From positions 5,336-69,335 of the IMG/VR virus record IMGVR_UViG_3300046010_010555: 64,000 nt of DNA; one strand, 5' to 3'. The notes under the pieces are model-generated. The model was given only the letters and a program-made list of their open reading frames with translations, was not told where the DNA came from and did not search any database. Positions 1-9,228 of the stretch are shown one piece after another; the stretch's first letter is position 1, and every line of letters begins with the position of its first letter. The translations under genes were made by a program, and so were the position numbers. This DNA comes from a virus.

Positions 1-23
1 CGAGTTGCGATCAATTTAGTCAT
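1..23 (-). CDS. 5' end of the gene downstream of the major capsid gene (MTKLIAT..., runs off the window)
   Basis: ATG at 23-21 preceded by an AGGAG Shine-Dalgarno on the minus strand. Confidence 0.6.
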
Positions 24-50
24 TTCAAACTCCTAAAGCGGGTGTGGAGT

Positions 51-70
51 GAGCCCCTAAAAAGGGGCTC
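51..70 (-). terminator. Hairpin just after the capsid stop codon (weak terminator or mRNA-stabilising stem)
   Basis: GAGCCCCT-AAAA-AGGGGCTC perfect 8-bp stem; no clear U-tract on the minus strand. Confidence 0.45.
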
Positions 71-76
71 TCCCAA

Positions 77-1195
77 TTACTGTGCGGTGTAGACGCTTAT
101 GACGCCATGGTCTTCGACAGTTCCGCCGGAATACTGAGTGTAGAACTGCGGCTTGAGGAAGCCGACAATCTTCTGCACTGAGATACCCTGTTGGTTCTCG
201 TAGTCAAAGCCTTTTTCTACCCATTCTGGAGCTCCGATGTCGGCCATCCCCAGTGCCTGAGCGCCGCAGAACAAGATCTGACAGCCATCGACGGTACCAG
301 AGGAACCGTATTTGGAGCCAGAAGCTGCCAGACGGGTGTTAGGTACATGGCGGAACTCGTGGAAGTAGATGCCGTCGATTTTCACAGAAGTACCGGTGAA
401 CAGGTTGTTGCCGTCGCCGCGAGGCTGAGCATGACGCAGGTTCAACAGGTAGGTCTGGTCGAGCTTCAGCTTAGCCATAGCGGTCGGAGACAGGAAGCAA
501 TGGTAGGTTTCCTCACCGCCTGCTTCCTTCACACCACGGATGTAGTTGTCTTTGGCGAAAGCTTTCAGCTGTACGAACAGTTCCCAAGAAGGGGTGTCGG
601 TAGCAGCTACACCAGAAGACGCACCGCCAAGGATCAGAGACTTGGTAGAGCTGGTGCCATCCCAACGGAATACACGCTTGCTGGAAGGCGCTTTAACATC
701 GGCTGCGAACTCAAGATAGGGCATATCAGAACCGGTGCGGGTACCGCCAGAGTTCTTGTTACCGTATCCAATACCAGCCATGGTCAGGAACGCCAGCTGG
801 TCTAAGCGATCTGCCAACCAATAGGCCAGTACGTCGCGGCTGTTGTTACGAAACTCGACAATGGACTTCTGGTCAGCCATACGGCCTTCGTGACGATTAG
901 CATGACGCAGCTGATCAAGCTTAATAACCTGATCAAACGACTTCATTGCCTCTTCGTTACCTTCCAGCGTGCGATCCCCAGCAATACCATCTCCTTCGAG
1001 ATCGGTCAGCAGAGTAATAACAGCGCGTGCGCCTTTTTCTGACTTCTTCAGCTCGGTAATGTGCTGAATAATGCTATTGGAGTCTTTGCCCAGAAACTGG
1101 TTAACGAACGAATAGTTACGTGCCTGCTTCCACAGATCCAAAGACCATACGGTTTTCTGCTCAGAGGTGAGCAAACCAAAATTGGTTAATGCCAT
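77..1195 (-). CDS. Major capsid protein, N4-gp56/DUF4043 type
   Basis: 372 aa; motifs DLEGDGIAGDRTLEGNEE, DQLRHA, GAQALGMADIG, FDYENQQG and DHGVI; lies after portal and scaffold; AGGAG RBS. Confidence 0.9.
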   Translation of the reverse strand: MALTNFGLLTSEQKTVWSLDLWKQARNYSFVNQFLGKDSNSIIQHITELKKSEKGARAVITLLTDLEGDGIAGDRTLEGNEEAMKSFDQVIKLDQLRHANRHEGRMADQKSIVEFRNNSRDVLAYWLADRLDQLAFLTMAGIGYGNKNSGGTRTGSDMPYLEFAADVKAPSSKRVFRWDGTSSTKSLILGGASSGVAATDTPSWELFVQLKAFAKDNYIRGVKEAGGEETYHCFLSPTAMAKLKLDQTYLLNLRHAQPRGDGNNLFTGTSVKIDGIYFHEFRHVPNTRLAASGSKYGSSGTVDGCQILFCGAQALGMADIGAPEWVEKGFDYENQQGISVQKIVGFLKPQFYTQYSGGTVEDHGVISVYTAQ

Positions 1196-1325
1196 CGCGG
1201 CTTCTCCTAAAAAGAGGGATAGATAAGGTTATGTCTCCGTAGCCTTATCGCCGCCACCGCGAAGTTTCATTCGTGCGTGAATGACTCGAACCCTTATATC
1301 GCTAGGGGTTAATGCGTATAAGCCT

Positions 1326-1355
1326 ATGATATGCTCAAAAAAATAAAGGAGTCAA
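1326..1355 (-). promoter_or_regulatory. Sigma70-like promoter for the capsid gene
   Basis: Minus strand TTGACT (1355-1350), 18-nt spacer, TATCAT (1331-1326); overlaps the terminator hairpin. Confidence 0.5.
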
Positions 1356-1375
1356 GCGACTCCTTTATTTTTTTG
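1336..1375. terminator. Bidirectional intrinsic terminator after the scaffold gene
   Basis: 18-bp perfect inverted repeat CAAAAAAATAAAGGAGTC-AAGC-GACTCCTTTATTTTTTTG with A/T tracts on both sides. Confidence 0.8.
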
Positions 1376-1434
1376 TTATTTTGTGACTAATACCTAGCCA
1401 TCATCTAGTAAACTCGGTCATTCGACCTCAGGTA

Positions 1435-2415
1435 TCATACAAAATCACCACGCAGCTCAGAAAGTTTGGATTCTGGGAGTTTCACAAACTCGTCGTAGCT
1501 CATTTTCATAACAGCGGAAGAATCTAGCGGTCCACCAGTCTTGTCATGGTCCACACCCATAGCATTAGTACTAGCGGGCTGTTTATTCTTGGCTTCCAAG
1601 GCTTTCTTCACGGCTTCTTCTTTACGTCTGAGGCCTGATTCAGCCACTCTTTCTTTACCAGCGCTGTTCTTCTGAATAGGACCGAGGATGATTTCGACCG
1701 CTTCTTTAAGCGCCTGCGATGCTGACATACGTTCAGTCTGCATAAGACCAGACATCATCGCGGTCATCTTACGAACGGTTGCTTTGTCGAACTCCTCTGC
1801 ATCAGGATTAATCTGCGGGTAATCTGCTTCTAGCTTAGCAACTAGAGCTTCGTAGCGAACTTCCTCCTTAGCCTGATTTTTCGCAGCGCTGGCCTTAGCC
1901 TCGGCCTTGTGTTCCGCCATCTCAGCCTGCATCCCGAGGATCTGCTCCATAAGATCCGAAGCCTTCTCGAGTTCGCCATCAGCCAATAAGCTAGTATGCT
2001 GCTCAATCATCCCTCTTATGGCTTTTTGAGCCTTGGCGTAGTCAGCAGACGTCTCGCGCTGCGCTTCTCTGTCTTCATACTCCTTCAGACGCCGTGCAAA
2101 CTCTTCTTTTTCACCGCGCTCCTTTCTTACAGCCTCGTCGAAACGATCCTTGGGAATAAATCTGCCTTTATCTTCTTTGCCCTTAGCATTCTTGGGTTCT
2201 AGCTCATCTAGCTCTTCAGGTTCTTGGGGCTCCTCAGGCTCGGCAGGGTCTTCGACTTGCCCAAAGGGTTCAGAGTCCTCCGGAGCCTCCGGGACTTCAG
2301 AAACAGACTCAGAAATGAAATCTCCGCGATCTACTGCTCCACTACCTGCGCCATCCGCGCCAGCTTCTGCCATATATCCGTTCGCAATCAGTAGGGTTTT
2401 GAGTAAGGTACTCAC
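1435..2415 (-). CDS. Putative capsid scaffolding protein
   Basis: Acidic, Pro/Glu-rich N-terminus, IPKDRFDE motif, coiled coil, C-terminal MSYDEFVKLPE...LRGD; lies between portal and capsid. Confidence 0.7.
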   Translation of the reverse strand: MSTLLKTLLIANGYMAEAGADGAGSGAVDRGDFISESVSEVPEAPEDSEPFGQVEDPAEPEEPQEPEELDELEPKNAKGKEDKGRFIPKDRFDEAVRKERGEKEEFARRLKEYEDREAQRETSADYAKAQKAIRGMIEQHTSLLADGELEKASDLMEQILGMQAEMAEHKAEAKASAAKNQAKEEVRYEALVAKLEADYPQINPDAEEFDKATVRKMTAMMSGLMQTERMSASQALKEAVEIILGPIQKNSAGKERVAESGLRRKEEAVKKALEAKNKQPASTNAMGVDHDKTGGPLDSSAVMKMSYDEFVKLPESKLSELRGDFV

Positions 2416-4604
2416 TTGGTTTTCTCCTTAGGGGTTGTTTTGGCTCGTGCCGGTTGTTTAATCTGCTGGTTTTTGACGACTTCATGCGCTTCAGCCGACT
2501 GGGCCATATTCATGGCGTGCTGCTGCTCGTTATGCTCTAGCTTCTGCGCGGTCTGTGCAGCAGTGGCTTGAAGCTTGAGATCAAACTCCTGCCGCTTCAG
2601 TTCTAGCTCTTGCTTCTTGAAGGCTAATTCCATCTCCATTTCTTCGCGTCGTATCTGAAGCTCCTGCTGTGCTTTCTGGATCTCCATCTGCATCCGCTGC
2701 GTATCGGCTGGGTCGGCCTGAGACTGCTTCTGCGCCTTAACCATCTCCATCTGAGTCTTGGCTTGTTTAAGCCCAGCATCTGCTTCAATACGAGCTGATG
2801 CTGCCTTGAGATTAGCCAGTTCAAGTTCGGCCTGCATCCGCTGTAGTTGGGCTTGATACTGTGCTTCCGGAGCCTGCTGAGCGTCCTGCATCTTCTTGAT
2901 AATATCAGCCCGTCTATTCAGACGACTGTTCTCGATCAGGACATCATCAGGGATCTGAATGCCCAGTTCGCGTAGGTTGATCGCCTGCTCAAACTGACTG
3001 TCTTCAAGAGTTTCTCTATGCGGCGTGCTAGAGACTATAACGTCGTACTCACCCATCGTAAGATCGTTGAGGATCTCACCCGTGACTGGGTCTGGAGTGT
3101 TGATGTTAACCTGCTCTGCCTCTCCAGTGACGCGGTTTTTGACCACATTCATGATACGAGGCTCAGTATAGAACTCCTGAACTATATCGAGAATGTTACG
3201 AGCGAGAATATAGTCCGTACGAGAAATACCATCAAGCGGTTTTGACAGATTCAGGCTACCTCGGCTCTGATTAGCCACTACTGCCTTAGCCGAAACGTCC
3301 TCTCTCGCGTTACCAGCCATGTAGTCAGTTACGCCAGAAATACCCTTGATATGCTCTTCCGCTTTATAAGAGAATCGGTCTAATCCAGTCGGAGTCTGAT
3401 TTGGGTTAATCTTCTCGATAACTTCACGCGGAGATCCATCTACTTCAAGCACCAGCCCAGTTTCTGCGCCGCGCTGCTCCAACTCCTCAATCTGCATATT
3501 GCGGAGCTTACCCGTCTGAACAATCCAGCCCGAGTTAGCCGTAGTGTTGATAACGTGCAGCTCTTGGCTAGTGACTTTGTTGAGATACTCCTGCGGGCCG
3601 AGCAAGTTTTCGACCAATCCCACAGTCTTACCGCGACGGAAATACGGAAAGTACGGAACAACCGTGTAGTGCTTGTAGGGAGACCAGTCGTCGTGCAGCA
3701 CGATATTGTCAGCAGTGACGGTCCACCGGATGCGCTTAACTTTCTTAGTCGTGATAGCTAACCCAAACTGATCCATGACCAGCTTAATCTTCTCTCTGTC
3801 CCAACCATCGGGTACAGGTCTCATATCACCGGTCTTCAGATCGACAAAGTGTTTCTGGTTGTCTAGCAGCTTATACTGCCGCTCAATAACCCGTACATTT
3901 CGAATCACTTCGGCCTGATCCCAAGGACCCAAGTAATACCCCTTGTTATAGTAAAACCCAAACCGATCGCGCTCACGCTCGATGGAGTCATAGCCGTATG
4001 GGAAGAATGAACTACCGCGAGTTTTCAACAACTCGGCGTCTTCAGAGTTATAGAGCAGGGCAATGTCCTGCCAAGTCATCCACTTAGTTACGAATACATC
4101 GTTCCACGTATCGGGATCGTACTCCTCAGCATCCGGATCAATCAGAACGTTCTTAGGGTTGAGGTTGTCAATCTTCACCTCTCCTGTCATCGAATCTGTA
4201 AAGTCCAGCCGCACATCCAAAAAACCACGGCTGGTTATAACACCGTCGCAGAACATGTCGCTGCGCTTCCAATCCAGCTGGTTGTTGTCCGAGATCTGCC
4301 TGAACACTTTAGTGAGTGTTTCGGCAAGCTGAGGCGACGCACCTGAACGGGGCTGATAAGAAATATCACTCCGGTTGTGAATCTGCTCGCCCAATACATT
4401 CCCTATCGTACTGATGATCTTGTTAATCGTCAGTGCGGGGCGGCGCTGCGCCTGCAGCAGAGCCATGTCATTGGGGTCCCACTGCTGCCCGATAAAAAAG
4501 TTGTTGCACTTATCAGCCTTCTTTACGAAATCAGCGTGTCCGTTGTCACGAACAAACTGATAGCGCATCCACTGGTGCATCGAAGTTTTAGTGTCTATGG
4601 GCAT
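2412..4604 (-). CDS. Portal protein (P22/N4-gp59-like, with C-terminal coiled-coil barrel)
   Basis: 730 aa; FFIGQQW, RPALTINKI, IDPDA..YDP..W, PYFPY..G...G.V..L..PQ..LNK; Q/E-rich C-terminal helix. Confidence 0.9.
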   Translation of the reverse strand: MPIDTKTSMHQWMRYQFVRDNGHADFVKKADKCNNFFIGQQWDPNDMALLQAQRRPALTINKIISTIGNVLGEQIHNRSDISYQPRSGASPQLAETLTKVFRQISDNNQLDWKRSDMFCDGVITSRGFLDVRLDFTDSMTGEVKIDNLNPKNVLIDPDAEEYDPDTWNDVFVTKWMTWQDIALLYNSEDAELLKTRGSSFFPYGYDSIERERDRFGFYYNKGYYLGPWDQAEVIRNVRVIERQYKLLDNQKHFVDLKTGDMRPVPDGWDREKIKLVMDQFGLAITTKKVKRIRWTVTADNIVLHDDWSPYKHYTVVPYFPYFRRGKTVGLVENLLGPQEYLNKVTSQELHVINTTANSGWIVQTGKLRNMQIEELEQRGAETGLVLEVDGSPREVIEKINPNQTPTGLDRFSYKAEEHIKGISGVTDYMAGNAREDVSAKAVVANQSRGSLNLSKPLDGISRTDYILARNILDIVQEFYTEPRIMNVVKNRVTGEAEQVNINTPDPVTGEILNDLTMGEYDVIVSSTPHRETLEDSQFEQAINLRELGIQIPDDVLIENSRLNRRADIIKKMQDAQQAPEAQYQAQLQRMQAELELANLKAASARIEADAGLKQAKTQMEMVKAQKQSQADPADTQRMQMEIQKAQQELQIRREEMEMELAFKKQELELKRQEFDLKLQATAAQTAQKLEHNEQQHAMNMAQSAEAHEVVKNQQIKQPARAKTTPKEKTK

Positions 4605-4626
4605 GGGCTGTTTTCCTTATGCGAGA

Positions 4627-4992
4627 TTATTTCAAAAACCGGAGCTTGTACTGAGTCGACCTAATCAGGGCTACGATCTCATCAATAATATTCTGCAGAT
4701 AAGAATCATCTTCGTCACAGCAGTCATACCGATTCTCGTTTATCCACGAACCGAGATCGTTGATCATTTCTAGCGGTACGTCAGTATAGACGTACTTCTT
4801 AGGGTAATCCTCAATCAACCCGTAATCACCTTGGTACGCCTCGGCGAAGCTGTCGACCAGCGGTACTATCTCGTCGTAAAACTCATTTAGCGCCTTGTGC
4901 TGCGCGTAGGATTTCGTTTTAAGGTGCAAGACGTGAGCGGTAGTACGCGCATGAAAACAGCGCATGATCAATTCACCAGACTTCGAAATCAT
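4627..4992 (-). CDS. Ferritin/Dps-like four-helix protein (DUF5856-like)
   Basis: H.LHLKT.SYAQHKALNEFYD....D.FAEAYQG and NIIDEI......YKL; start MISKSG after a GGAG RBS. Confidence 0.7.
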   Translation of the reverse strand: MISKSGELIMRCFHARTTAHVLHLKTKSYAQHKALNEFYDEIVPLVDSFAEAYQGDYGLIEDYPKKYVYTDVPLEMINDLGSWINENRYDCCDEDDSYLQNIIDEIVALIRSTQYKLRFLK

Positions 4993-5014
4993 ATAATCTT
5001 CTCCAAATACGCAG

Positions 5015-6895
5015 TTATGCAGCCATCCAGCTGCCGTCACTACCGGCTATGTGCTGGCTTAATCTGTCTCTCCAGCTCTCAGGCACCTTAGCTTTAGGTG
5101 GGGGTTTAGGACTCTTACCCACACAAAGATTAACTGCCCATGCCATGGCGTCCACCATATCATCGTGGGCACCGGCCGGAAATCTCAAAAACTCCGTCTG
5201 TATGTCATTGAGCCACGAAGCATTTTGTGGGAAGTATACCCTACCCTGCTGCATACGTCCCTGCAAAGACCTAGCTCTGGCAAGTTTATCTGTCAGAGGC
5301 TTCAAAACTTCATAAGGCGGATACATATTACGCTCGGCCATACGTTTACTCAGCAGCGGCTTTATAGCTTTCCAAATCTGGCTATCCTCAAATCCAAGCG
5401 TCAAAGGTGCAGTAGGCTCCTGCCCCCAGCGCTCCGCAGCATTCAATATCTCCTCCACAATCGTGAAGCTGTCACCCTTAAACCGAATAACCTCTACAAC
5501 ATGCAGGAAGTCGTTCTCATCCTGTATCAACGTGACGCCTACAGTGAAGTCATTCACCTGCCTCTCACCGATAGCAAAGTCCCACGCTTGAAAAACATTT
5601 CTGTTGTAAGCAATGGGTGGCACAGACTCGAACTTAAAATACTCTCTCCTAAAGTACATACCCTCGTCTGGTACAGGGTTCTGCTGAAACAACGCAGACC
5701 ATATACGAGGCGGCTGGTTTGCCTTCATTGCGGCCATCATCTTCTCACTGTACCTCTCGGGGTGCAGGGCTTCTCCGGGCATACGCAGCAATTCGTACGT
5801 CTCCCCTAGATCAGAAGGTATACTAGTCCCTGCCTCCCTCTGCAGGAGGCGCACGCTCTGGTGTGCAAAGTCCAGCGCCTCGTCGTACCGCTCTATAAGA
5901 TCCGTCTCCTTATTCCTATACTCCCACTTCTCGGCAAGTGCCGGATACTTAATGATCAAAAACTGATCAGCCTCTGCATCAGTAATCATCTTCTGCTGCA
6001 GACGGCCTGCTAGATCATCATCGTGCCACCAAGTCTGTATAACAAGCACGCCGCCACCGGGGGCCAGACGCGTATACGCAGTAGACCAATACCAATCCCA
6101 CAGACTGTCGCGAGTAACGACAGAATCCGCTTCCTCCTGATTCTTAATCGGATCATCAATAATCAGAATCGTAGCCCCCTTACCCGTAATACCACCTCCT
6201 ACACCGGCAGCAGTAAATCCGCCACCTGCCGTCGTATTCCATGCTTCTGCACTCTGTGAGTCAGGGTCCATCTGAGTCGTCGTAAACAATGGGCTGAAGC
6301 CGGGGTCTCTCACAATCTCGCGTACTTTGCGAGAAAACTTCATAGGTAGGTCGAGGTTATATCCGCAGTTAATCACCTCCCATGCCGGATGATGACCCAG
6401 CACAAAAGCTGGAAAGCGAATGGACGCTAGCTCACTCTTACCGTGTCGAGGCGGCACTAACAACATCAGCCTAGGAGACAACTTCGCTTCCACATCCCGC
6501 ATGAACTGCTCAAGACGACGTGCAATATCGACATGCAGCCATCCGGGCTGATACGAAGGGTAGAACCGCTTGGTAAACTGAATAAGGCTACGCCGCGCAA
6601 GCACGCGCTTGGCCATCTCCAACTTAACCTTGGGGTCTAGCTGATCAATCGGTAAGTGAGGGTCCATCAAAACAGCTGTGTGTGGATCAGACTTCACAAG
6701 CTCTGCCGCATCTTTGGCTCGTTCCTTAGCCTGCTCTTCCCTGTACAGCTCTCTTAACCGAGCATTTCCTCTCTTAATCGGCAGTTCAGGCGCAGCTTTG
6801 GCCTTAGTCTTGGGCGTAGTCTTAGTCTTGGGCGTAGTCTTAGTCTTGGGCGTAGTCTTAGTCTTAGGCGTAGTCTTAGTCTTGGGCGTAGTCAT
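5015..6895 (-). CDS. terL: Terminase large subunit
   Basis: PPRHGKS Walker A, ITGKGA.ILIIDDP.KN Walker B, AWDFA nuclease Asp, FPAGAHDDMVDA. Confidence 0.95.
   Translation of the reverse strand: MTTPKTKTTPKTKTTPKTKTTPKTKTTPKTKAKAAPELPIKRGNARLRELYREEQAKERAKDAAELVKSDPHTAVLMDPHLPIDQLDPKVKLEMAKRVLARRSLIQFTKRFYPSYQPGWLHVDIARRLEQFMRDVEAKLSPRLMLLVPPRHGKSELASIRFPAFVLGHHPAWEVINCGYNLDLPMKFSRKVREIVRDPGFSPLFTTTQMDPDSQSAEAWNTTAGGGFTAAGVGGGITGKGATILIIDDPIKNQEEADSVVTRDSLWDWYWSTAYTRLAPGGGVLVIQTWWHDDDLAGRLQQKMITDAEADQFLIIKYPALAEKWEYRNKETDLIERYDEALDFAHQSVRLLQREAGTSIPSDLGETYELLRMPGEALHPERYSEKMMAAMKANQPPRIWSALFQQNPVPDEGMYFRREYFKFESVPPIAYNRNVFQAWDFAIGERQVNDFTVGVTLIQDENDFLHVVEVIRFKGDSFTIVEEILNAAERWGQEPTAPLTLGFEDSQIWKAIKPLLSKRMAERNMYPPYEVLKPLTDKLARARSLQGRMQQGRVYFPQNASWLNDIQTEFLRFPAGAHDDMVDAMAWAVNLCVGKSPKPPPKAKVPESWRDRLSQHIAGSDGSWMAA
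6803..6892 (-). repeat. Five tandem 18-bp repeats encoding (TTPKTK)5 at the TerL N-terminus
   Basis: CTTAGTCTTGGGCGTAGT x5, one copy with a synonymous change. Confidence 0.95.
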
Positions 6896-7476
6896 ACGCT
6901 ACTATCCGATAAGGTCTGCAGCTCATCCAGCACAAGGCTGGCCTCTCCTTCAATAATCGACCGGCTGTCTTCTACCATCTGCAGCAAGTCAGAATCGCTG
7001 AGAGTCTCCAATTTATCCACGATTCGCTTTGCGGTTACCGTAATATCCACCTTCTTCACTTCTGGTGCGTAATACCCGCACATTCGGCCTATTTCCCGCC
7101 AACCAGCAATCATATTTCCACTGTCAGCCTGCATTTTCGCCATATCAATAGCTTCCAAAAAGCCGTCCATAACCTTCTTCCGACTAACATCGGCGACTTT
7201 TTCATGCTTCTTGTGCAAATAAGCAATTGCGTCTCGGACTTTTCGGCTCAAAAGCACCTGAGTTCCGCTCTGGTGTGGAGAAGCGTATCCAGCAATTCGG
7301 GCTGAAACCACTGGGGATTTGCCCTGCATGATGCTTTCCACAAACAACTTCTGCTGGGGCGTCAAATAATGAAGCGGGGACGTGAGTTTGGTCACTTTTG
7401 GCGAGTACACCTCCTTGTTCTCCTCAGTATATGGAGCCGAGGTAATCTTTTTTCCTTCATTCTTTGGCCTAGCCAT
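6892..7476 (-). CDS. terS: Terminase small subunit
   Basis: LTPQQKLFV...SARIAGY HTH-type motif, directly upstream of terL; real start MARPK at 7476 with a GAGGA RBS (ORF track start 7812 is a read-through of non-coding repeats). Confidence 0.8.
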   Translation of the reverse strand: MARPKNEGKKITSAPYTEENKEVYSPKVTKLTSPLHYLTPQQKLFVESIMQGKSPVVSARIAGYASPHQSGTQVLLSRKVRDAIAYLHKKHEKVADVSRKKVMDGFLEAIDMAKMQADSGNMIAGWREIGRMCGYYAPEVKKVDITVTAKRIVDKLETLSDSDLLQMVEDSRSIIEGEASLVLDELQTLSDSSV

Positions 7477-7639
7477 GACAGTCCTCAAGTTTTTGAAAGA
7501 TCGGACATTATTTTGCCACAAAAAATTTACAAAATTTTTTTGAAATCTGAAATCGGAAAAATCCAACTCTCCAGTAGAGAAAAAACAGTTTCCGAAAACA
7601 AAATCGGCCCTCGCACTGAGCTGAACAGAAGAAGAACAA

Positions 7640-7740
7640 GGAGGCTGAGAACAAAGAAGAACTCGGAGGCTGAGAACAAGGAGGCTGAGAACAAAGAAGA
7701 ACTCGGAGGCTGAGAACAAAGAAGAACTCGGAGGCTGAGA
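7640..7740. repeat. Tandem 25/15-bp repeats with core GGAGGCTGAGA (5 copies)
   Basis: GGAGGCTGAGAACAAAGAAGAACTC x3 plus two truncated units in the divergent intergenic region. Confidence 0.9.
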
Positions 7741-7902
7741 AAAAGTGAGAAAAAACATAAGGTTGCGGGGGGATGACACCCCTCCCCCCGATCCCCAGAC
7801 CCCATACCCCACTTCGGATCGGCTTCGGCTCCCGGCCAGAAAGAATTCTTTGGGTTCGTCTATGCGAGCATATTCGCTCTAATCAAAAATCGGAGAGACA
7901 TC

Positions 7903-8088
7903 ATGACCGCAGACCAAATCCAAGACGCAGTGTTCGACTTCGCCACCAGCATCAGCGAGACTGGCCCGATTAGGGCTGCGCTACATGCAGCTAATTCAAA
8001 AGAGGTCATCGACTTCATAGAACAAAAGAACGAACTCACCAAGCAGGCGGCCATCCAGCGTCAGCTCGCTCGTCTGGCAGCGAGGTAA
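7903..8088 (+). CDS. Early hypothetical protein (61 aa)
   Basis: GGAGAG RBS; first plus-strand gene. Confidence 0.65.
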   Translation: MTADQIQDAVFDFATSISETGPIRAALHAANSKEVIDFIEQKNELTKQAAIQRQLARLAAR

Positions 8089-8093
8089 GCATC

Positions 8094-8195
8094 ATGACCA
8101 GAAGACAGATCAGCACCATCAAGACCGTGGCCATCTGGATCTTGGTCCTCATCATTTATAGCCTCGTATCCGATTCAGGATACCCGGCAATCTAG
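8094..8195 (+). CDS. Small single-TM peptide (33 aa)
   Basis: MTRRQISTIKTVAIWILVLIIYSLVSDSGYPAI; GAGG RBS; followed by a terminator. Confidence 0.5.
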   Translation: MTRRQISTIKTVAIWILVLIIYSLVSDSGYPAI

Positions 8196-8199
8196 CCAC

Positions 8200-8234
8200 A
8201 AGGGTATAGAGTCTTCGACTCTATACCCTTTTTT
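8200..8234 (+). terminator. Intrinsic terminator
   Basis: 14-bp stem AAGGGTATAGAGTC/GACTCTATACCCTT plus T-tract. Confidence 0.85.
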
Positions 8235-8398
8235 CATGCTCCGTCGCGGCCCGGGGCGGGGAATCCAACACACACACCCAGACACCAGACACCCAACACA
8301 CCGTGTCGATTGGTTGTTTTGAACCAATTTCTTTGGGTTCTTCTTAATAAGCCCTAGAAATAGGGTTCATATCAACCAAAAAATGGAGAGAGGTTCAA

Positions 8399-8755
8399 AT
8401 GAACCAGCACATCACCCAAGACCTAGCCAGTGTAGACCCTATCGTCAACGTATTTTTAACCATCGAAGGCTTCGACATCGCAATTTCCCACGATGTCAGA
8501 ACGTGGAGAACAAGGGTTCCGTACAACACTCTTAAGAGCATCATAGGAACCAAAAACGTACAAATCGAGTTCGGGGCCGAAGACGATCACTTGTTCCTGA
8601 TTATAGAAAAAGACAAGTACAGACTGCTGCAGAGACCCTCTGGACACTACTTCGGAGTACTCAGAAAACAAGCACCAAAAGCTGAAGCCTGCACAATGCA
8701 GGAAGCACGGAGACTTCATCAAGAAGCTCAAAAGCCAAAGAAACCGAAGAAATAG
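8399..8755 (+). CDS. Early hypothetical protein (118 aa)
   Basis: GGAGAGAGG RBS; own terminator. Confidence 0.7.
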   Translation: MNQHITQDLASVDPIVNVFLTIEGFDIAISHDVRTWRTRVPYNTLKSIIGTKNVQIEFGAEDDHLFLIIEKDKYRLLQRPSGHYFGVLRKQAPKAEACTMQEARRLHQEAQKPKKPKK

Positions 8756-8756
8756 C

Positions 8757-8794
8757 AAATAGCCTCTCAGACTTGCGTCTGAGAGGCTATTTTT
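8757..8794 (+). terminator. Intrinsic terminator
   Basis: 16-bp stem AAATAGCCTCTCAGAC/GTCTGAGAGGCTATTT plus T-tract. Confidence 0.85.
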
Positions 8795-8901
8795 ATGCTC
8801 CTAAAAAACCAAACCCCAGACGCTGACACACACATAGCCTATAGCGTTGGGTTTTTTATTGTGTAGGTTTCGTATTTGTTTATTTTCTATTGGAGTTTTC
8901 T

Positions 8902-9147
8902 ATGAGTATCTTACTTTCGCATATCGATTTCATGCCATTGATCTATGGCGTAATTATGTATCTTGGCATTTACGTCATGTGGTACAAACTCACTCACGGC
9001 AAGTGGATCAGCCTTCTAATCGACATCATCGTCTTTGCGCTAGTGTTCAAACTGCATGGCGGTTCAATGGCTGGTGGCTTCTCTGCCATGATAGCTTCCT
9101 TGCTCGCAGGAATTACATTTCCGTACATGATAGGCGTTCGGAAATAA
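8902..9147 (+). CDS. Small multi-pass membrane protein
   Basis: Three hydrophobic segments; GGAG RBS before ATG 8902. Confidence 0.7.
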   Translation: MSILLSHIDFMPLIYGVIMYLGIYVMWYKLTHGKWISLLIDIIVFALVFKLHGGSMAGGFSAMIASLLAGITFPYMIGVRK

Positions 9148-9153
9148 CCCAAT

Positions 9154-9195
9154 AAACCCAACACCCCCTAGAGGATACGTGTTGGGTTTTTCTTT
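9154..9195 (+). terminator. Terminator-like hairpin (part of the repeated early cassette motif)
   Basis: AAACCCAACAC/GTGTTGGGTTT 11-bp stem followed by T-rich run. Confidence 0.55.
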
Positions 9196-9228
9196 ATGTG
9201 TCGATATTGGCACATTCTGGAGGCAACA

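Noticed and set aside
191-6956. Plus-strand ORFs overlapping capsid, portal and terminase (e.g. 191-805, 5165-5809, 6678-6956)
   Set aside because: Antisense shadows of well-supported genes; the same applies to plus-strand ORFs in 38-63 kb and minus-strand ORFs in 8-37 kb
7640-7740. Possible mini CRISPR array
   Set aside because: Repeats are directly tandem with no unique spacers, and no cas operon is present
7477-7812. N-terminal extension of TerS and ORFs 7369-7713 and 7527-7805
   Set aside because: These are translations of non-coding repeats; a good RBS and ATG exist at 7476
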